Below are positions 1 through 13,105 of a stretch of 64,000 nt of DNA, piece by piece (the stretch's first letter is position 1; every line of letters begins with the position of its first letter). This DNA comes from the human T2T-CHM13v2.0 reference genome, Homo sapiens. The notes under the pieces were generated by a model. It saw only the letters and a list, made by a program, of their open reading frames with translations, made no database searches and was not told the origin of the DNA. Made by a program: the position numbers and the translations under genes. The stretch is taken from the NCBI RefSeq assembly GCF_009914755.1, contig NC_060931.1; one strand, 5' to 3'.

Positions 1-677
1 TATGGTCCTGTTGAATAGGGGGATCAAGTTGTTACTTGAGTTGTGGCACCATAACAGTCTTTAATAAACAGAAGCATATCCTAGGTGAACATAAACATTG
101 TTGTAATTTATGGAAATATCAGTTTCAAGTAAAATGAGCAGCTTTGGTTGTCAACAAACAAAAACAAATCGGCTAAATTTTAAAGATATAATATTTAACA
201 TAACTAGATTACTGAACTAGTGTCTCAGGTGTGTTTGTCTACTAATAATAAAACATTCACATGCCTTGAATAATTTACTATTAAAACTTTCATCTGTTAA
301 ACCAACCATAAAATTGCTCCTTTACTTACTATCAGATGACAACATTGATTTATAGTGACATATGAGTTCAACTGAGGAGGTAAATACTCCTAGAAATATA
401 CTTTGGCCTACATGAGCAAAATAAAACTTTGAATTAAAAATACTACGAAAAATATTTTATTTTTGCAATATATACTTTTCACTGTGTACTCTTATTTAGC
501 TAGTAAAAATGTTTCACATATAACTATTTCAAAGTTTTGTTGAAAAATAATTCTGTTGAAAAAGGACAGATGAGAATACATACCTACTTATATAAATTTC
601 AGACTTATTCTTACCTTTCCATTTTTGGTAAAATTTATAAAAAATACCGTATGCAATGTTGGCAGATTGCTCAGATG

Positions 678-851
678 CAAGGCTGATTTCATGAGCATGC
701 AGCATGCACAGTCAGAGAGGGGTCTGGACTTAGAAGGACCCTGCTCTCGGTTTAATCCTCCATTGTCACCATATTGAAATTCTTAATATTTGAATAAGGG
801 CCCCCCATTCTTATTTTGCACAGGACCTTGAAAATTATGTAGCCTGTCCTT
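678..851 (+). mobile_element. MER91A-like non-autonomous hAT (Tip100-group) DNA transposon, full length
   Basis: Matches recalled MER91A consensus (caaggctgatttcatg...gaaattcttaata...gaaaattatgtagcctgtcct). Perfect 8-bp TSD ctcagatg at 670-677 and 852-859. Confidence 0.8.
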
Positions 852-1505
852 CTCAGATGCTCACTACATCTGTGATTACAATATTGCTTGTACTGGTAAA
901 AGAAATATAATCAATTTAGACATGTAAATAAACCGTCTATTAGGTAGCTTGGCAGCCCTTTCACTGGGACAACTGCTCACTGAAGACTGGGCTCTAAAAA
1001 TTACATTGCTGCTTTGAGACTCTCACCAAAGCTAATTGGTATCATCTTTCCCAGAATTGACCATTTCAGCTCTTCATGGGATATCCCCAGAACCATTTAA
1101 TTAATTATTTTTTAGCTTAGCGGAGCCTGTACAAATTTCAGTTGAATTGAAACAAATAAGAATTAAGTTATACACACATCATAAATAGAAATTTCATTAA
1201 AATAAGTAATAGAAACAACCAAATATAATACAATATTAAGAATAATGAGATGGAACTATAAATATGTCCAGAAAATTATACAAAGTATGAGAAAGATGCA
1301 TGACAATATAGGGGGCAGTGTCTCCTTTATGTTATTTTGTTTTAGAAATACATTCAAATATAAACAGATTTTGAAGAGATCAAAGTGTTAACAGAGATGG
1401 TTATAGGAGGTAGCTTTTACATATAGTATATGGGATATATATCCCATATGGGATATATGTAAAGCTTTGCATTCAGATTCAGATATGTAAAGCTTTACAT
1501 ACATC

Positions 1506-1529
1506 ATATATATATATATATATATATAT
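1506..1529. repeat. (TA)n microsatellite within a palindrome cluster
   Basis: atatatatatatatatatatatat seen directly. Confidence 0.95.
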
Positions 1530-3043
1530 GACCTTATATATAAGGGTTGGCTATAAGATAATTTATATTTCTACAGTATAATATATAAAATTTTGCTTTA
1601 TTTAAAAAATTTTACCAAAAATGTTTCCTTTGTAGCTAGAGGAATCTTAAGATTGGTCTTTCTAACAAAACAAATGTCTGATATGACTTCCTTTGTTGAA
1701 TATATTCTTCCACATTTTCAAAAATATTTGGTCATTCCCTAAATAAACACTTTAAATTATTGTGAGTTTGAAACTGTAACTAGTAGAGTTAAAACGTGAA
1801 CTACTGCAATCATCTATATTCCCCCTAGATCATGTTAGTTATTCAACTATTTCAAATTTATGAAAATGAATTCATGTTTGACATTGTGCATATACAGACT
1901 CTTTAAGCTTTAAATATAGCTTACAGCCAAAAAAAATCAGTTAAGGAATCTCGTACGGTGATTAGATATAAAAATGCAGCCCTTATCCTCAAAAAATCAC
2001 AGTTAAGTGAACCAGAGACATAGTGATAGGACAACATATATTTTAAAAGACATGAGTAACCTATTGGGAAATATTATAATATGTTAAATGTCAGAGCCAA
2101 CTCCCTGTTTTGTTCTCTTCCTGGCCATAAATGAGAATTTCTTCTGAGTATCATAAAAGTGATTAGCTAACTGTGAAGCAAGAAAAAGAAAGAATTCTGT
2201 TAGGATATATTTGGAGAAATTAATCTGTTAATCTCAAAATGGTCCAAATATAATGATGACCTAACAAAGAAGATCAATGAATAGTGCCATACTAGATGAT
2301 CTTATAGTGTAAAATAAATTATATATACCTTAAATATAAGGTATTTGTAATTAAATATAAGGTATTGGTAAATTAAATAAGCTAGTGGTAAATTTAACTG
2401 ACCATATCAGTATGCCCTTTTTGTAATTATATTAATATTTTGATAAGTTTGTCCATGAAACAGGCAACTGCTAAAAGTTTTGGAGTATTCTTATTGTTTT
2501 CAGGTCCTCTTTGCAATATGCTTCTCCCAAATCCCATATTATAATTGAAAATTGTCATTTATCTATATTCTCCAAACTCAAGTTAATGGGGAGTAAATGC
2601 TTCTGATTCATGCTCCAGTTAAACATACTCAGAAATAATTTGATATGGAGTTGTTTCTAAAAGAGATATCATTTTACCAGATGCCCCCCATAATCTCCTT
2701 TGTTTAGTGACTTCTCTTTATGATAACTTCATGAAATTGAAGAATCATTAACAGAAACTGTTGCTAATAAGGTCAACATCACCCAAATCTTGTCTGAACA
2801 GTTTGCATGGAAAATTGCATTAAAATTATGATGCTCATGTTCAAAAATATAAGAAATATCAAATGACAAGAAAATTATTTTGCTATTATAACTAATAATA
2901 ATAAAGGCTGAGCCCTGACAAAGTTTTTCAGATTTGAACAATTTTGTAAAATTGAAATGAATTCCAAAAACTTCAGTGTTTACTTCTTATATCAAATCTT
3001 ATATATTTGAGTAAATTGGTAATTCTATAAGGATTTTACTTAA

Positions 3044-3071
<28 letters not shown>
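3044..3071. repeat. (CA)n microsatellite
   Basis: Uninterrupted AC run of about 14 units. Confidence 0.95.
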
Positions 3072-3074
<3 letters not shown>

Positions 3075-3181
3075 ACAAATCAGGAAAAATATAAAATGAT
3101 GTAATTGTAAAAATGTTTATTTATGCAATTAAACTGATTCTTATTTCCAAATCTAAAGACTTTTTCAAATATGATAAGCCT

Positions 3182-3544
3182 TGTTATGATGAATTCTTTC
3201 CCCCCCAAATTCATATATTAAAGTTACAGTACCTCAGAATGTGGCTGTATTTGGATATAGAGCTTTTAAAGGTAATTTTAAGGTAAAATGAGGCCATATG
3301 GGCGAGCTCTAATCCAATATGAATGGTGTCCTTATAAAAAAAAAAAAAGATAAGGACACAGACATACACAAGAAGACAGCCATATACAAGCCAAGAAGAG
3401 AGGCCCTTAGAAGAAATCAACCCTGCCAACACCTTGATCTTAGAAGTCGAGCTTCCAGAATTGTGGAAAAGCAGAGCAAATTTCTGTTGTTTAAGAGACC
3501 CACTCTCTGGTATGTTTTTATGGTGGCCCTAGCAGATGAATATA
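3182..3544 (+). mobile_element. MLT1B-like MaLR solo LTR
   Basis: tgttatg...ccccccaaattcatat...cctcagaatgtggctgtatttgg...aaatttctgttgtttaag...gccctagcagatgaatata. 5-bp TSD agcct at 3177-3181 and 3545-3549. Confidence 0.85.
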
Positions 3545-4747
3545 AGCCTTACCATGGACTATTGAAAAATGCAATGTTTTGAACTTATATTTTGATACCA
3601 TTTGCATTCAGAAGCATAAGTAGATTCTCAAGACAAGCTAAATAATTTAATTAATTCAAGTGATTACTTCAGAGAGGGATTTTGGAGGCCAGCTACCAAG
3701 TTCTCAATACTAAAAATTGAATGTGAAGCCTTAAGTATTTTAAAGTTTTCAAATAAGTAGGGTGGCAAATATCCAGGATATAGTGGCTATTAAATCTAAC
3801 ACAAACGTATTTATTGGCTTTTTGGAAAACTGATGAATGAATTAATTGTTCAAAACTTTGACCAGAAACCAAAAGGGCACAAATGTGCAGTGACCCGAAC
3901 TTTGAGCTGATGGATGCTGTTGTAGAATTGAAATGAAGGATAATCATAATCGGTCAGTTAGATATTCTGTAAAATAATACGTCTCACAATTGGTATTGTG
4001 AAAAATAAATGAAAACATATGGAGAAGTATATGACACAGTTCCTGAAGTGGAGTTGATACTCATTAAAAGAATAAAGAAAGTGAATAAAAACAAATCAAA
4101 TGGTTTGGAACTGAAGGGAAAATGTTTGACTTTAAACAAACCTAATGATAGAGGCCACTCAGGAGGGACTCCTTTAGACTTCAAATTTCTTCCAAGTTAA
4201 ATGAACAATCTGAGTGTGTATTGAAGAATTAACAGCTGAGCATATAATTTGTGTCCTGAGATGATCTCACACATCAATAATATTTAGTTGGGTTCATCTG
4301 CATTGTGCAGTAGTGGCATATGAGAAATAAAGAAAGACTAGAATTCAGTATCAGTCCTTGACAGGGTAAAGTCGTTCTTTTAAAGATCAATGATGGCATC
4401 CAGACTGCATCTTATATAGGAAAGGAGATGGGGCTCAAGGTTATGCTAGCTTTATTCCATTTTTCTATTTCTACATGGAAAAAAATTGCTCATGTTTTCC
4501 TTCCTTTGTATTAAAATAACATCATTTGTCTCAAAGTTAATTCTGTAAATTTAGACAATGTAATAATAAGCTATGAAATTCTCAGCTTTCAAGATGAGGT
4601 AATACATTATACAATGTTGAAAACAGTGATTAGTACACATGAATGATGGTAGTTGACTTGTGATTTTCACAAATGACTTTTGGCCTATATAAGGCTTGGA
4701 GAGCCATGAGTTTGAAAACTACAAATGTTAGATACATATATTTTTAG

Positions 4748-6148
4748 AAAACTATACTACAGGACTACAGTAACCAAAACAGCATAGTATTGGTACAAAA
4801 ACAGACACGTAGACCAATGAAACAGAATAGAGAGATCTGAAAAAAGGCTGCACACCTACAACTATCTAATCTTTGACAAAGTCAACAAAAACAAGCAGTG
4901 GGAAAAGGACTCCTTATTCAATAAATGGTACTGGGATAACTGGCTAGCCATATGCAGAAGATAGAAAATGGACCCCTTCATTATACCATATACAAAAATT
5001 AACACAAGACAGATTAAAGACGTAAATGTGAAATCCAAAACTATAAAATCCTGGGAGACAAACTAGGCAATACCATTTGGGACATAGGAATGGGCAAATA
5101 TTTCATGACAAAGAGGCCAAAAGCAAGTGCAACAAAAGCAAACTTGACAAGTGGGATCTAATTAAACTAAACAGCTCTGCACAGCAAAAGGAACTATCAA
5201 CAGAGTAAACAGACAACTTACAGAATGAGAGAAAAATTTTGCAAAATATGTATCTGACAAAGTTCTAATATCCAGCATTTATAAGGAACTTAAATAAATT
5301 TACAAGAAAAAAAAACCATTAAAAAGTGGGCAACAGACATGAACAGATACATTTCAAAAGAAGACTTATGTGTGACCAACAAGCATGTGAGAAAAAGCTT
5401 AACATTACTGATCATTAGAGAAATGCAAATCAAGAACACAATGAGACACCATCTCACACCAGTCAGAATGGCTACTATTAAAAAGCCAAAAAATAACAGG
5501 TGCTGGCAATATATCAGAGAAAACCGAATGCTTATACACTGTTGATGGGAGTTTAACCGTTATAGAAAACAGTGTCGCAATTCCTCAAAGACCTAAAAAT
5601 GGAAATACAATTCAACCCAGCAATCCCATTACTGGGTATATACCCAAAGGAATATAAATTGTTCTATTGTAAAGACACATGCACGCTCTTGTTTATTGCA
5701 GCACTATTCACAATAGCAAAGACATGGGATCAATGCAAATGTCCATCAATGGGAGATTGGATAAAGAAAATGTGGGACATATACACCATGGAATACTAGG
5801 CAGCCATAAAAAAAGTGAAATCATATCCTTTGCAGGAACATGGATGGAGCTGGAAGCCATTATCCTTAGAAAATTAACACGGGAACAGAAAAATTCTGCA
5901 TGTTCCCACTTATAAGTAGGAGTTAAATGATGAGAACACATGGACACAAAAAGGGATACAATAGATACTGAGGCCTACAAAAGGTTGGAAGTTGGGAGGA
6001 GGGAGAGGATCAGAAAAAATAACTAATGGATACTAGACTCAATACATGGGTGATTAAATAATATGTACAACAAACTTGTGTGACACAAGTTTACCTATAT
6101 CATAAACCTGCAAATGTACCCAGAACTTAAAATAAAAGTTAAAAAAAA
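4748..6148 (+). mobile_element. 5'-truncated older primate LINE-1 (L1PA13-16-like): ORF2 C-terminus, 3'UTR and A tail
   Basis: ORFs 5339-5545 and 5572-5799 translate to L1 ORF2p C-terminus ([41 protein letters not shown]). 3'UTR gggaggagggagaggatcagaaaaaataact...aaataaaagttaaaaaaaa. Confidence 0.92.
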
Positions 6149-6624
6149 GTAAACTTTGAAGCAAAAAATAAAGCCAATCAGAGCCATTAAAAAATACTGA
6201 AATCTTGAAGGCATAATTTTTTTTATTTGTGAGAATGAGTGTCAATTTCTTAGTTCCAAATTTTGGATTGTTGTGGACTTTGTGTATTAATACTGAAAGG
6301 TTCAGAAAAAATGCTACTGAAATACTTTATTATTATTTCAGTGGAAGAAGGAGGGGCAAGGCTTGAGTCATCTCAGTTCCGAACATTTGCCTGAGAGATA
6401 GGGAATACTTCTTGGTGATGACCACCTGTGGGTGGTTATAGGAACTTATGATAGACCTTTCCAAGTCTTGACATTTTTATTGCAATGAATTCATTTGTTG
6501 GATCTCCATTGGTGAGTACTCCAATAACTTCCTTTGGCTGAACTAGAAAAAGGGTAAGCAAATTCATGAAATTTAAGGCTTTTATGGGCTTTGGAAAGAT
6601 AGGAAGGCTTTTCTTTCCCCTTTT

Positions 6625-6690
6625 GAGAGAAAACTGAGTCTCAGAGAGTCTAGGTGGTTTAGATAAGATCACTGAATTAGTTAATGTCCG
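6625..6690 (-). mobile_element. MIR SINE core fragment
   Basis: gaaaactgagtctcagagagtctaggtggtttagataagatcac resembles the reverse MIR core (gaaactgaggctcagagaggttaagtgacttgcccaaggtcac). Confidence 0.5.
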
Positions 6691-6774
6691 AAACAAAACT
6701 AGTCAGATAAAATAGGTTAATGTATTTTCTAGTACGATATAGTAGGCATTTATGGTTTTACCTATCCCAACTTT

Positions 6775-7284
6775 TGTGAAGTTACGCTTTTCCTTAACAC
6801 CTTCTTTCACATTTTTACAGTGGGAACAACTGTGTGAATGGAGCAAAACTCTACTCCTCCTGGCTACAGTTGATTGTCCAGGGCCATATAGCTGACCTAA
6901 GTCCTGGACATACTTCCTCCGCCAAGAATTTGGAATTGAGACCAAAACTATCTAGTTTTAATGTTTGCTTTTAATGTTGCTGGTCTCTTGAATGAAGAAA
7001 ATGAAAACCTGAGAACTCTGGACAGCTTCATTCTGCCATGTTGGCAGGTAATCAAAAAAGCTGCAATTGTACCAAGAGAAGAAATAAGCCACATCATAGA
7101 AAGGAGCATAGGCAAGACTGGGTTATGTTGACATTCAGATTCCTGGTACCAGTTCACTCCTAAAGTCTGACTACATCCCTGCCCTCAGGTTCACTTGAAT
7201 ATAATCCCCTTTGGATTCTTGAAGTATATTTCTCTTTTCTGCCTAAACCGGTTTACTTATAGTAAAAAAGACCAAGTGAATACA
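6775..7284 (+). mobile_element. Old ERVL LTR (LTR33-like), diverged
   Basis: cctggctacagttgattgtccaggg...gctgacctaag; aatttggaattgagac; cctggtaccagttc...catccctgccctcaggttc; ends ...aataca. Confidence 0.5.
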
Positions 7285-8144
7285 TACTTTATGTGCCCTT
7301 GCAATGATCAAAATGACACATTTAGACTCTATTAAATGATAAAAAATAAAAAAAGACAGAAAAATCTACATAGAAATATTTGAAACTGCACACATTTATG
7401 TCATACACCTTTCAACAAAACAATCAATTCAAACATTAATTTGATTAATTTCTTGTGGTTTATTTTTTATGCACCTACTACTGATTCTAGTGGTAGTATA
7501 AAATATACCACCATTTCATGGCAGAGGCCATATTAGTGTGGCAACATGGTCTCTGAATTATTGGCTATGCCTCTGTGGATATTTGTACTTATGAAGACAT
7601 TCATATTTTATGTATGAACATGCTTTTCTTGAAAAATTTACACCATTTGCCAACTGGATGCTAGTGATTTCCTCTATGACTCTGTCCTTTCAAATATGCA
7701 TGAGTCTTTGAATCATCTGTCCAGCAATGATGATATTTCTACTATCATCTATTATGTCTAACAATTGTAATACTCCAGAGACATGCACATTTTTTTTTGT
7801 TTCAGCATTTTTGTGGAGTTTTACTCAAATCTCAGTGCTAACCTCTTTGACAGCTAAGAAATTGTATTTTATCCTTTTCCCATGGTTGAAAATCAAATCA
7901 CCCCAAATTATTTAAATGGGTATTTTAACCTTCACAGACTTCTCCATTAAGGTCTGTCAAGATTTTTCATTGTCCTTGGCCAAGAACTTTCATGTAATAA
8001 ATTCTTTTTAATGCATTCTTCCTTTTACATAAAATTGAAGCCTCTACAACAACCTGCAGCTATTCACCAAATCAACATTCTTTTATAGTTCTTCATAAAG
8101 CCGGCCTCGTCAGTTATATAGCTCACTACAATCCTTGGTCAGAC

Positions 8145-8160
8145 TACGTCACGTGGTAAC
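8145..8160. promoter_or_regulatory. Candidate composite CRE half-site / GTCACGTG E-box / RFX-like half-site
   Basis: tacgtcacgtggtaac in unique sequence; four CpGs within 8101-8155 in an otherwise CpG-poor region. Function is inferred only. Confidence 0.3.
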
Positions 8161-8629
8161 TAAGTTAGAGAATTTTAACTTAATGAAGGTAAAATGATTT
8201 CGACTTTGTGGATGAGATTCTCTGTAATTATATGAGCTAAGGAAATTTCAACTATAGTTAGTCCCCATTTGCTTCCCACAGGTGTGTGGTAACAAATATA
8301 TACACATTAGGATTCTACTGAGGCATAGGAAGCAAAGGTCTAAAAACTGTTAATCAGTCACATTTCTCTAATAGCCTTAAACTAGCAACTAAATTGTTGG
8401 AGTTAAATGAGCAAGAAGCCCAAAGTATCACTTCCGTGAAATACCTCTTTTTGGCTATTATTTGGCGGACTATTATGTTATAAAATAAATCAACACTGGA
8501 CCAAAGAAGGTAAGTGTTATAAATATTCAGAAAAATAGAAACAGGAAAACAATATTTCTTATTCACTGGTGCTGCCGCAACATAAAAGAAAGAAAAATAA
8601 GAGAAAATGGAAGGATTGGTAAAAGAAGA

Positions 8630-9131
8630 TGTGGGACTTTGGAGTTGCACTGCTCAGAACTCCCTTCAAGAGAGCCTGCTGTAAGGAGCTTGTCTGGCTG
8701 ACAGCCTCCATTGGCTACTTCTCCACCTTCAGCAGAGTACTCAAGTCCACACTGCTGAGGCCACACTGCCACTGGGTAACTCCTGGCCATTGGCTGTGCA
8801 AAGCAGCAATAGCAGAGCTGGCTCATTTCTGCCTGTACCTAGGACTCCTCTATAGGGCAACTTTTGCTCAAAACCTCACCAAGACTTTCTCAGAACTGCA
8901 TTGTAATATGAAGTTCTTCCTATTCAACAGCCTTCTCTTTTTTGTTTGTTTGTTTGTTTGTTTCTCCTAGTGTCTAGTATCAGGCATTACGCACACATCT
9001 ATCTGAAGGCTATCTACACCTTCCTTTACTCCCTCTCCTCTTTATCCTTTACAAGCCTTTCCCTCCATAAATGGGATTTGCATAACAAGTCCCAACTTAG
9101 TATCAACTTCTCAGAGGCCCCAAGCTGACCC
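8630..9131 (+). mobile_element. LTR16-family (LTR16B-like) ERVL solo LTR
   Basis: gctcagaactcccttcaagagagcctgctg...ggctgacagcctcc...gactttctcagaactgc...ttctcagaggccccaagctgac matches recalled LTR16 consensus along its length. Confidence 0.75.
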
Positions 9132-9288
9132 AGAAACTAAGGTCAAAGAAACATATTTTCCTTTACGAAATATAATTTTTACACCCTATTTTGGCTTTTT
9201 GTCACTTAAAGGTGAGAAAAATCTATAATTTGAAAAATGTTTGACATCAATGGCAAAATAAATTAAAAAACAAAAAAAGTTTTTGTGT

Positions 9289-9370
9289 CCCTTTCTTTTA
9301 CCCTTCCTCCCTCCCTCTTTCTTTTCCTCCCTCCTTCCCTGTCTGTTTTCCTCCCTCCCTCCCTCCCTTT
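9289..9370. repeat. CT-rich low-complexity (CCCT/CCTT) tract
   Basis: Polypyrimidine run; source of spurious ORFs 9186-9497 and 9283-9594. Confidence 0.85.
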
Positions 9371-10689
9371 TAAAATTTTTTTTAAATACGAAAACTGAAA
9401 TTTGGCAAGGCATTTTATTTAAAAATTCTGTCCTCTCTATTGTAGATCTGAAAGCTTGTAAACAATTTTTTGTGGTGTTCTTTGTAGTGCCACTCATAGT
9501 GATAATTGTGGTAGTCTTTGATAGCTATTCTTGGTGTTCATACATGGATGCACACAGCTTTAAGAAGAAAGACTGCTATTACCAATGTAATTGAATCAAA
9601 CTCATTATTGGACAATGACTAGCTTGCATACATTACTAAAGACACCTTTAGAAAGATTTCACTGGTGAATTTTTTGGGATAATAGTATAAAGAAACAAAA
9701 AACTGTTCAATTTAATATGTTATTATTATGTTAATATGATAATATGTTAAGAATATGCTATACACATATTCTTCATATAGGTAAGATCAAATTTGGGGTA
9801 GCATATGCCAGCTAAAGTGCTTTGTTAAAACTCTCTTTTACTTTCACATCTGTTCCTTTATCTTTTCATTAATATTTAGAGACAACATATACTATTCATT
9901 ATTAGAATGCTCACAATAAACTTTAACAATATTTGAATTATGACACATAGGTAAAGAAAGTTTCATTCTCTACTATCTGACCCTTATGATTAGTTTATGG
10001 ACTATAACCAGACCACCACAAAGACAAAATAAAAAATTATATGTAAGAACAAATATATGGAATAAAAAGCATAATATTTATTAGTGTAATTGTAGTTGTA
10101 CTCTCACAGAAGGAAAGCATTAGTTAAGGTACAGAAATAATAAAAAAGAAGAACAGTTGGTATAATTTTGAGATTGCTTTTAGTTTTGATTTTGCCTTGT
10201 TTTGCTTTAATACAAAAAGGTATTAAATACTAATAAGCAGCATCTTATTTTGTTCACTTTAATTTTAATATCAAGATCACTGTATTCCTATCATATTTTC
10301 ATTCTGATCTCTCACTATTTTCCAACAGTGATTCAAGTGTGACTGATCCATTTGCCGTTCCCTAAAATCACTTTTTTCTTTCCTGTCTCTATACTTTGTT
10401 TACAGCTCATCTTCACCGAGAGACCTGTAACACCTATTGAAATCCACCCACTTACCTTTCATGTCCAGAGCTACCCAAGCTGCTTCTGATCCACACAGAT
10501 AAAATATATCACCCTTCACAGCTAATATTAACTCTTTTGTTCAGGAAATGTGTGCCCTCCTAAATTTAAAACTCTTTGGACATAACTGTAATTTCCTTTA
10601 ATAACCACTATCTCTTTTCTAATGACTGCTTCTTATCTATCACGTCCTTCCAGTTTTTGAACTTATTTTGTTCATATTTGGTAGTACCA

Positions 10690-11700
10690 ACTTGAGCAAA
10701 TCTTTAGAGAAGGCCCAAACATAGCACAGTACCAGCAACCATAGACATCTAAAAATGTATTTATTGTTCCCTCATATTTAAATGAGAATTTGCCTGAATA
10801 ATGAACTCTGAGTTCTTCTTTTACCTGTCTTTTGAGATTTTGAAAACATACTTCATTTTCTTCTTGTGTCTATTATGAAAGATAAGATGTCTGAAGTCCA
10901 CCTGTTTTTCGAACTTCTTTATAAATAAGTTGTAGAAGGTTTTGTTTTAGGGGTTGCAATACTTTTCCAGGGTCTGTATAAGTGCTGGTCTTTTCTTAGT
11001 TATTTTGCTCAATCCAAAGAGTTCCTTTCCGTCTGAAGAAGGATGTTTTTCTTCAAGTCAAGGAGACCTTCTTTTCTTATTTGTTTGATTTTCTGCTCTC
11101 TTATCTTTTTATCTGTTTCCACCAATATCTCTTTTTAGGAAGATATGGCAAGTTCTTTCATTTCCTAAAATTTTTAGAGCATCTTCTTGACTCATCTTTG
11201 GGTTATTCGTTTGGCCTATCATTATTTAAATCTAATATCCAGCCCTTTCATTGATTAAAAAAAACTTTTCGATCTATTTTGAACAGTTCTCAAACTTTTT
11301 GTTGTTTTCTGATTGCTTCTTTTTATAGAAGCTTGATTTTGTTTTCGGATGCAGCATCCTCTATAATCCTTCTGAGGACATCCATCAGAATTTTTTTTTC
11401 TTTTGTTCCCTAAATTATCTGTTCTCTTCCTTGTCATTTGTTCTGATTAAGCCTTCTATTTCATGCTGTTAATTTTCCTAAATTGTGCTGATCTTTGGTT
11501 TCCTAGACATACATTTAGGTGGCCAGCAAAGATTTTCTCAGCAGTTGTGTCATCTGTCTCTCACAAAAGCATCCTTCTCAGTGGGAGGGTTAATAAAGCT
11601 GAATTATTTTTTATCTCCAGAGCTTCATCTTTCTGCATCAAAAATCCTGTCAAACTTTTCCTGGGCACTTTCTAGAATGGGTGTAACTAGTCCCTATATG
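10690..11700 (-). mobile_element. Ancient L1M/HAL1 ORF1-region fragment
   Basis: aaaatgtatttattgttccctca...gagaatttgcctgaata...gatgtctgaagtc is typical antisense L1ME/HAL1 ORF1 sequence. Boundaries approximate. Confidence 0.5.
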
Positions 11701-13004
11701 ACCCAGTCTCTAAGTGCACATATTTTCTCTCTTTTCAAAACTGTATGCAAAAAGCTCTTAACTACTTGATTAAACTCCCACTGTGTTTTTTCTTTCCTTT
11801 TTGTTCTCATAAGAATATAAACGCAATTTTCCCCTTCCTAATTTTCTCTCTTTCTTTCCAAGGCCTTGCTGACCTTACTTATTTCATTGAATTCATTGCC
11901 TTTCTACATTATATTTCAGCTAAGTAACCCATTTTCTTCTCCTTTTGAAGAATTGAACTTCATCTGGCACTTCTAGTCAATTCTGATCACTCTACAATCT
12001 TTGTAACTTGCTCTCCTGTCTTTCTGTTGCTCACCATGCGGATGACTCAAATATCTGTCAGTGGTCAAAGATCTGGGAGGAGATCTGGGAGGTATAGTTA
12101 AATGGTGTCCTTTGTCTAAACCCATTTACCTGAAATGGGAGACTCACTGAACAGTGTACCTGCTGGGCTATTTCTTTGACTAGAGAAGAATGTATTCTCA
12201 TTGATTTTCTCTTCCTCAAACCTTTTCTCCATGTCTTCATTCACCACTTCTCTTTTTCAAGGCTGCGTCCATTACCATCCCCTTCTCTTTGAAATCTTTG
12301 GATCTCCAAATGGGAATTGCCTACCTTTTTCTGCTGCTGTATAAAGGGAGGCAGCAGAAATATGTAGGAGAGGAGAAAGCAAATCAGGGTAAGCAGGAGG
12401 GACTTTGTGACTTTAGATAAGAGAGAAAATATTTTGCAAATATTAAATATTTGATTTCGTTTTGCCCTCAAAACGTATTCTTTTGCAGCCTTCTGAATTC
12501 AAGTCCTAATCCCATAGTGTATTACGCAGGAAGAAATAGAAAGGTAAATCCTAGAAGAAAGAAGCCACTTGTCAGGATTGAGTCCTGAGGCTGAATTTCT
12601 TCACATCTTTAGCATGACAATGATTATCAATGCTAGAAACACTTATAAAGAAATAAGTTTCTAAATTACTTTAGATGCTAGCATATTGATATTTGAGGTC
12701 TCTCTTACTCTAACCACAGCAGAGATCTCAGGAGATTCAGATAATTCCAATGTTAATTCAATGACCTTCTTAATCTCTCTTTTATTGCATGGTTACATAA
12801 ACTCCTACTCCATGTACATTGATACCGTCTAGAGAGGAGCATGAGAGCGCCGTACCTGGGACATATTTGAGCACATCCCTGAGACATCCAAGCAGAGGAT
12901 GAATTACCTGAAAAGACTATTTAAATTATGATATATGCAATTACTTATTTATACATTTAATTATCTATATTTATTATTGATAAATATTATTTTATATGTC
13001 TTAT

Positions 13005-13105
13005 TTTTATTTACTGAGAATTTACTATGCGCTCAGTAAATATATTAGAAATAGAGTGACAAAACAGAATAATGAATCCCCATTCTTATGGAGCTTTTAT
13101 TCTAC
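13005..13105 (-). mobile_element. L2 3'-end fragment
   Basis: tatttactgagaatttactatg...aaaacaga...ccccattcttatggagcttttattcta resembles the reverse L2 3' end. Confidence 0.55.

Noticed and set aside
2330-2378. 21-bp tandem duplication (ttaaatataaggtatt...)
   Set aside because: Ordinary slippage duplication; similar short ones occur at 32451-32470 and 45560-45578.
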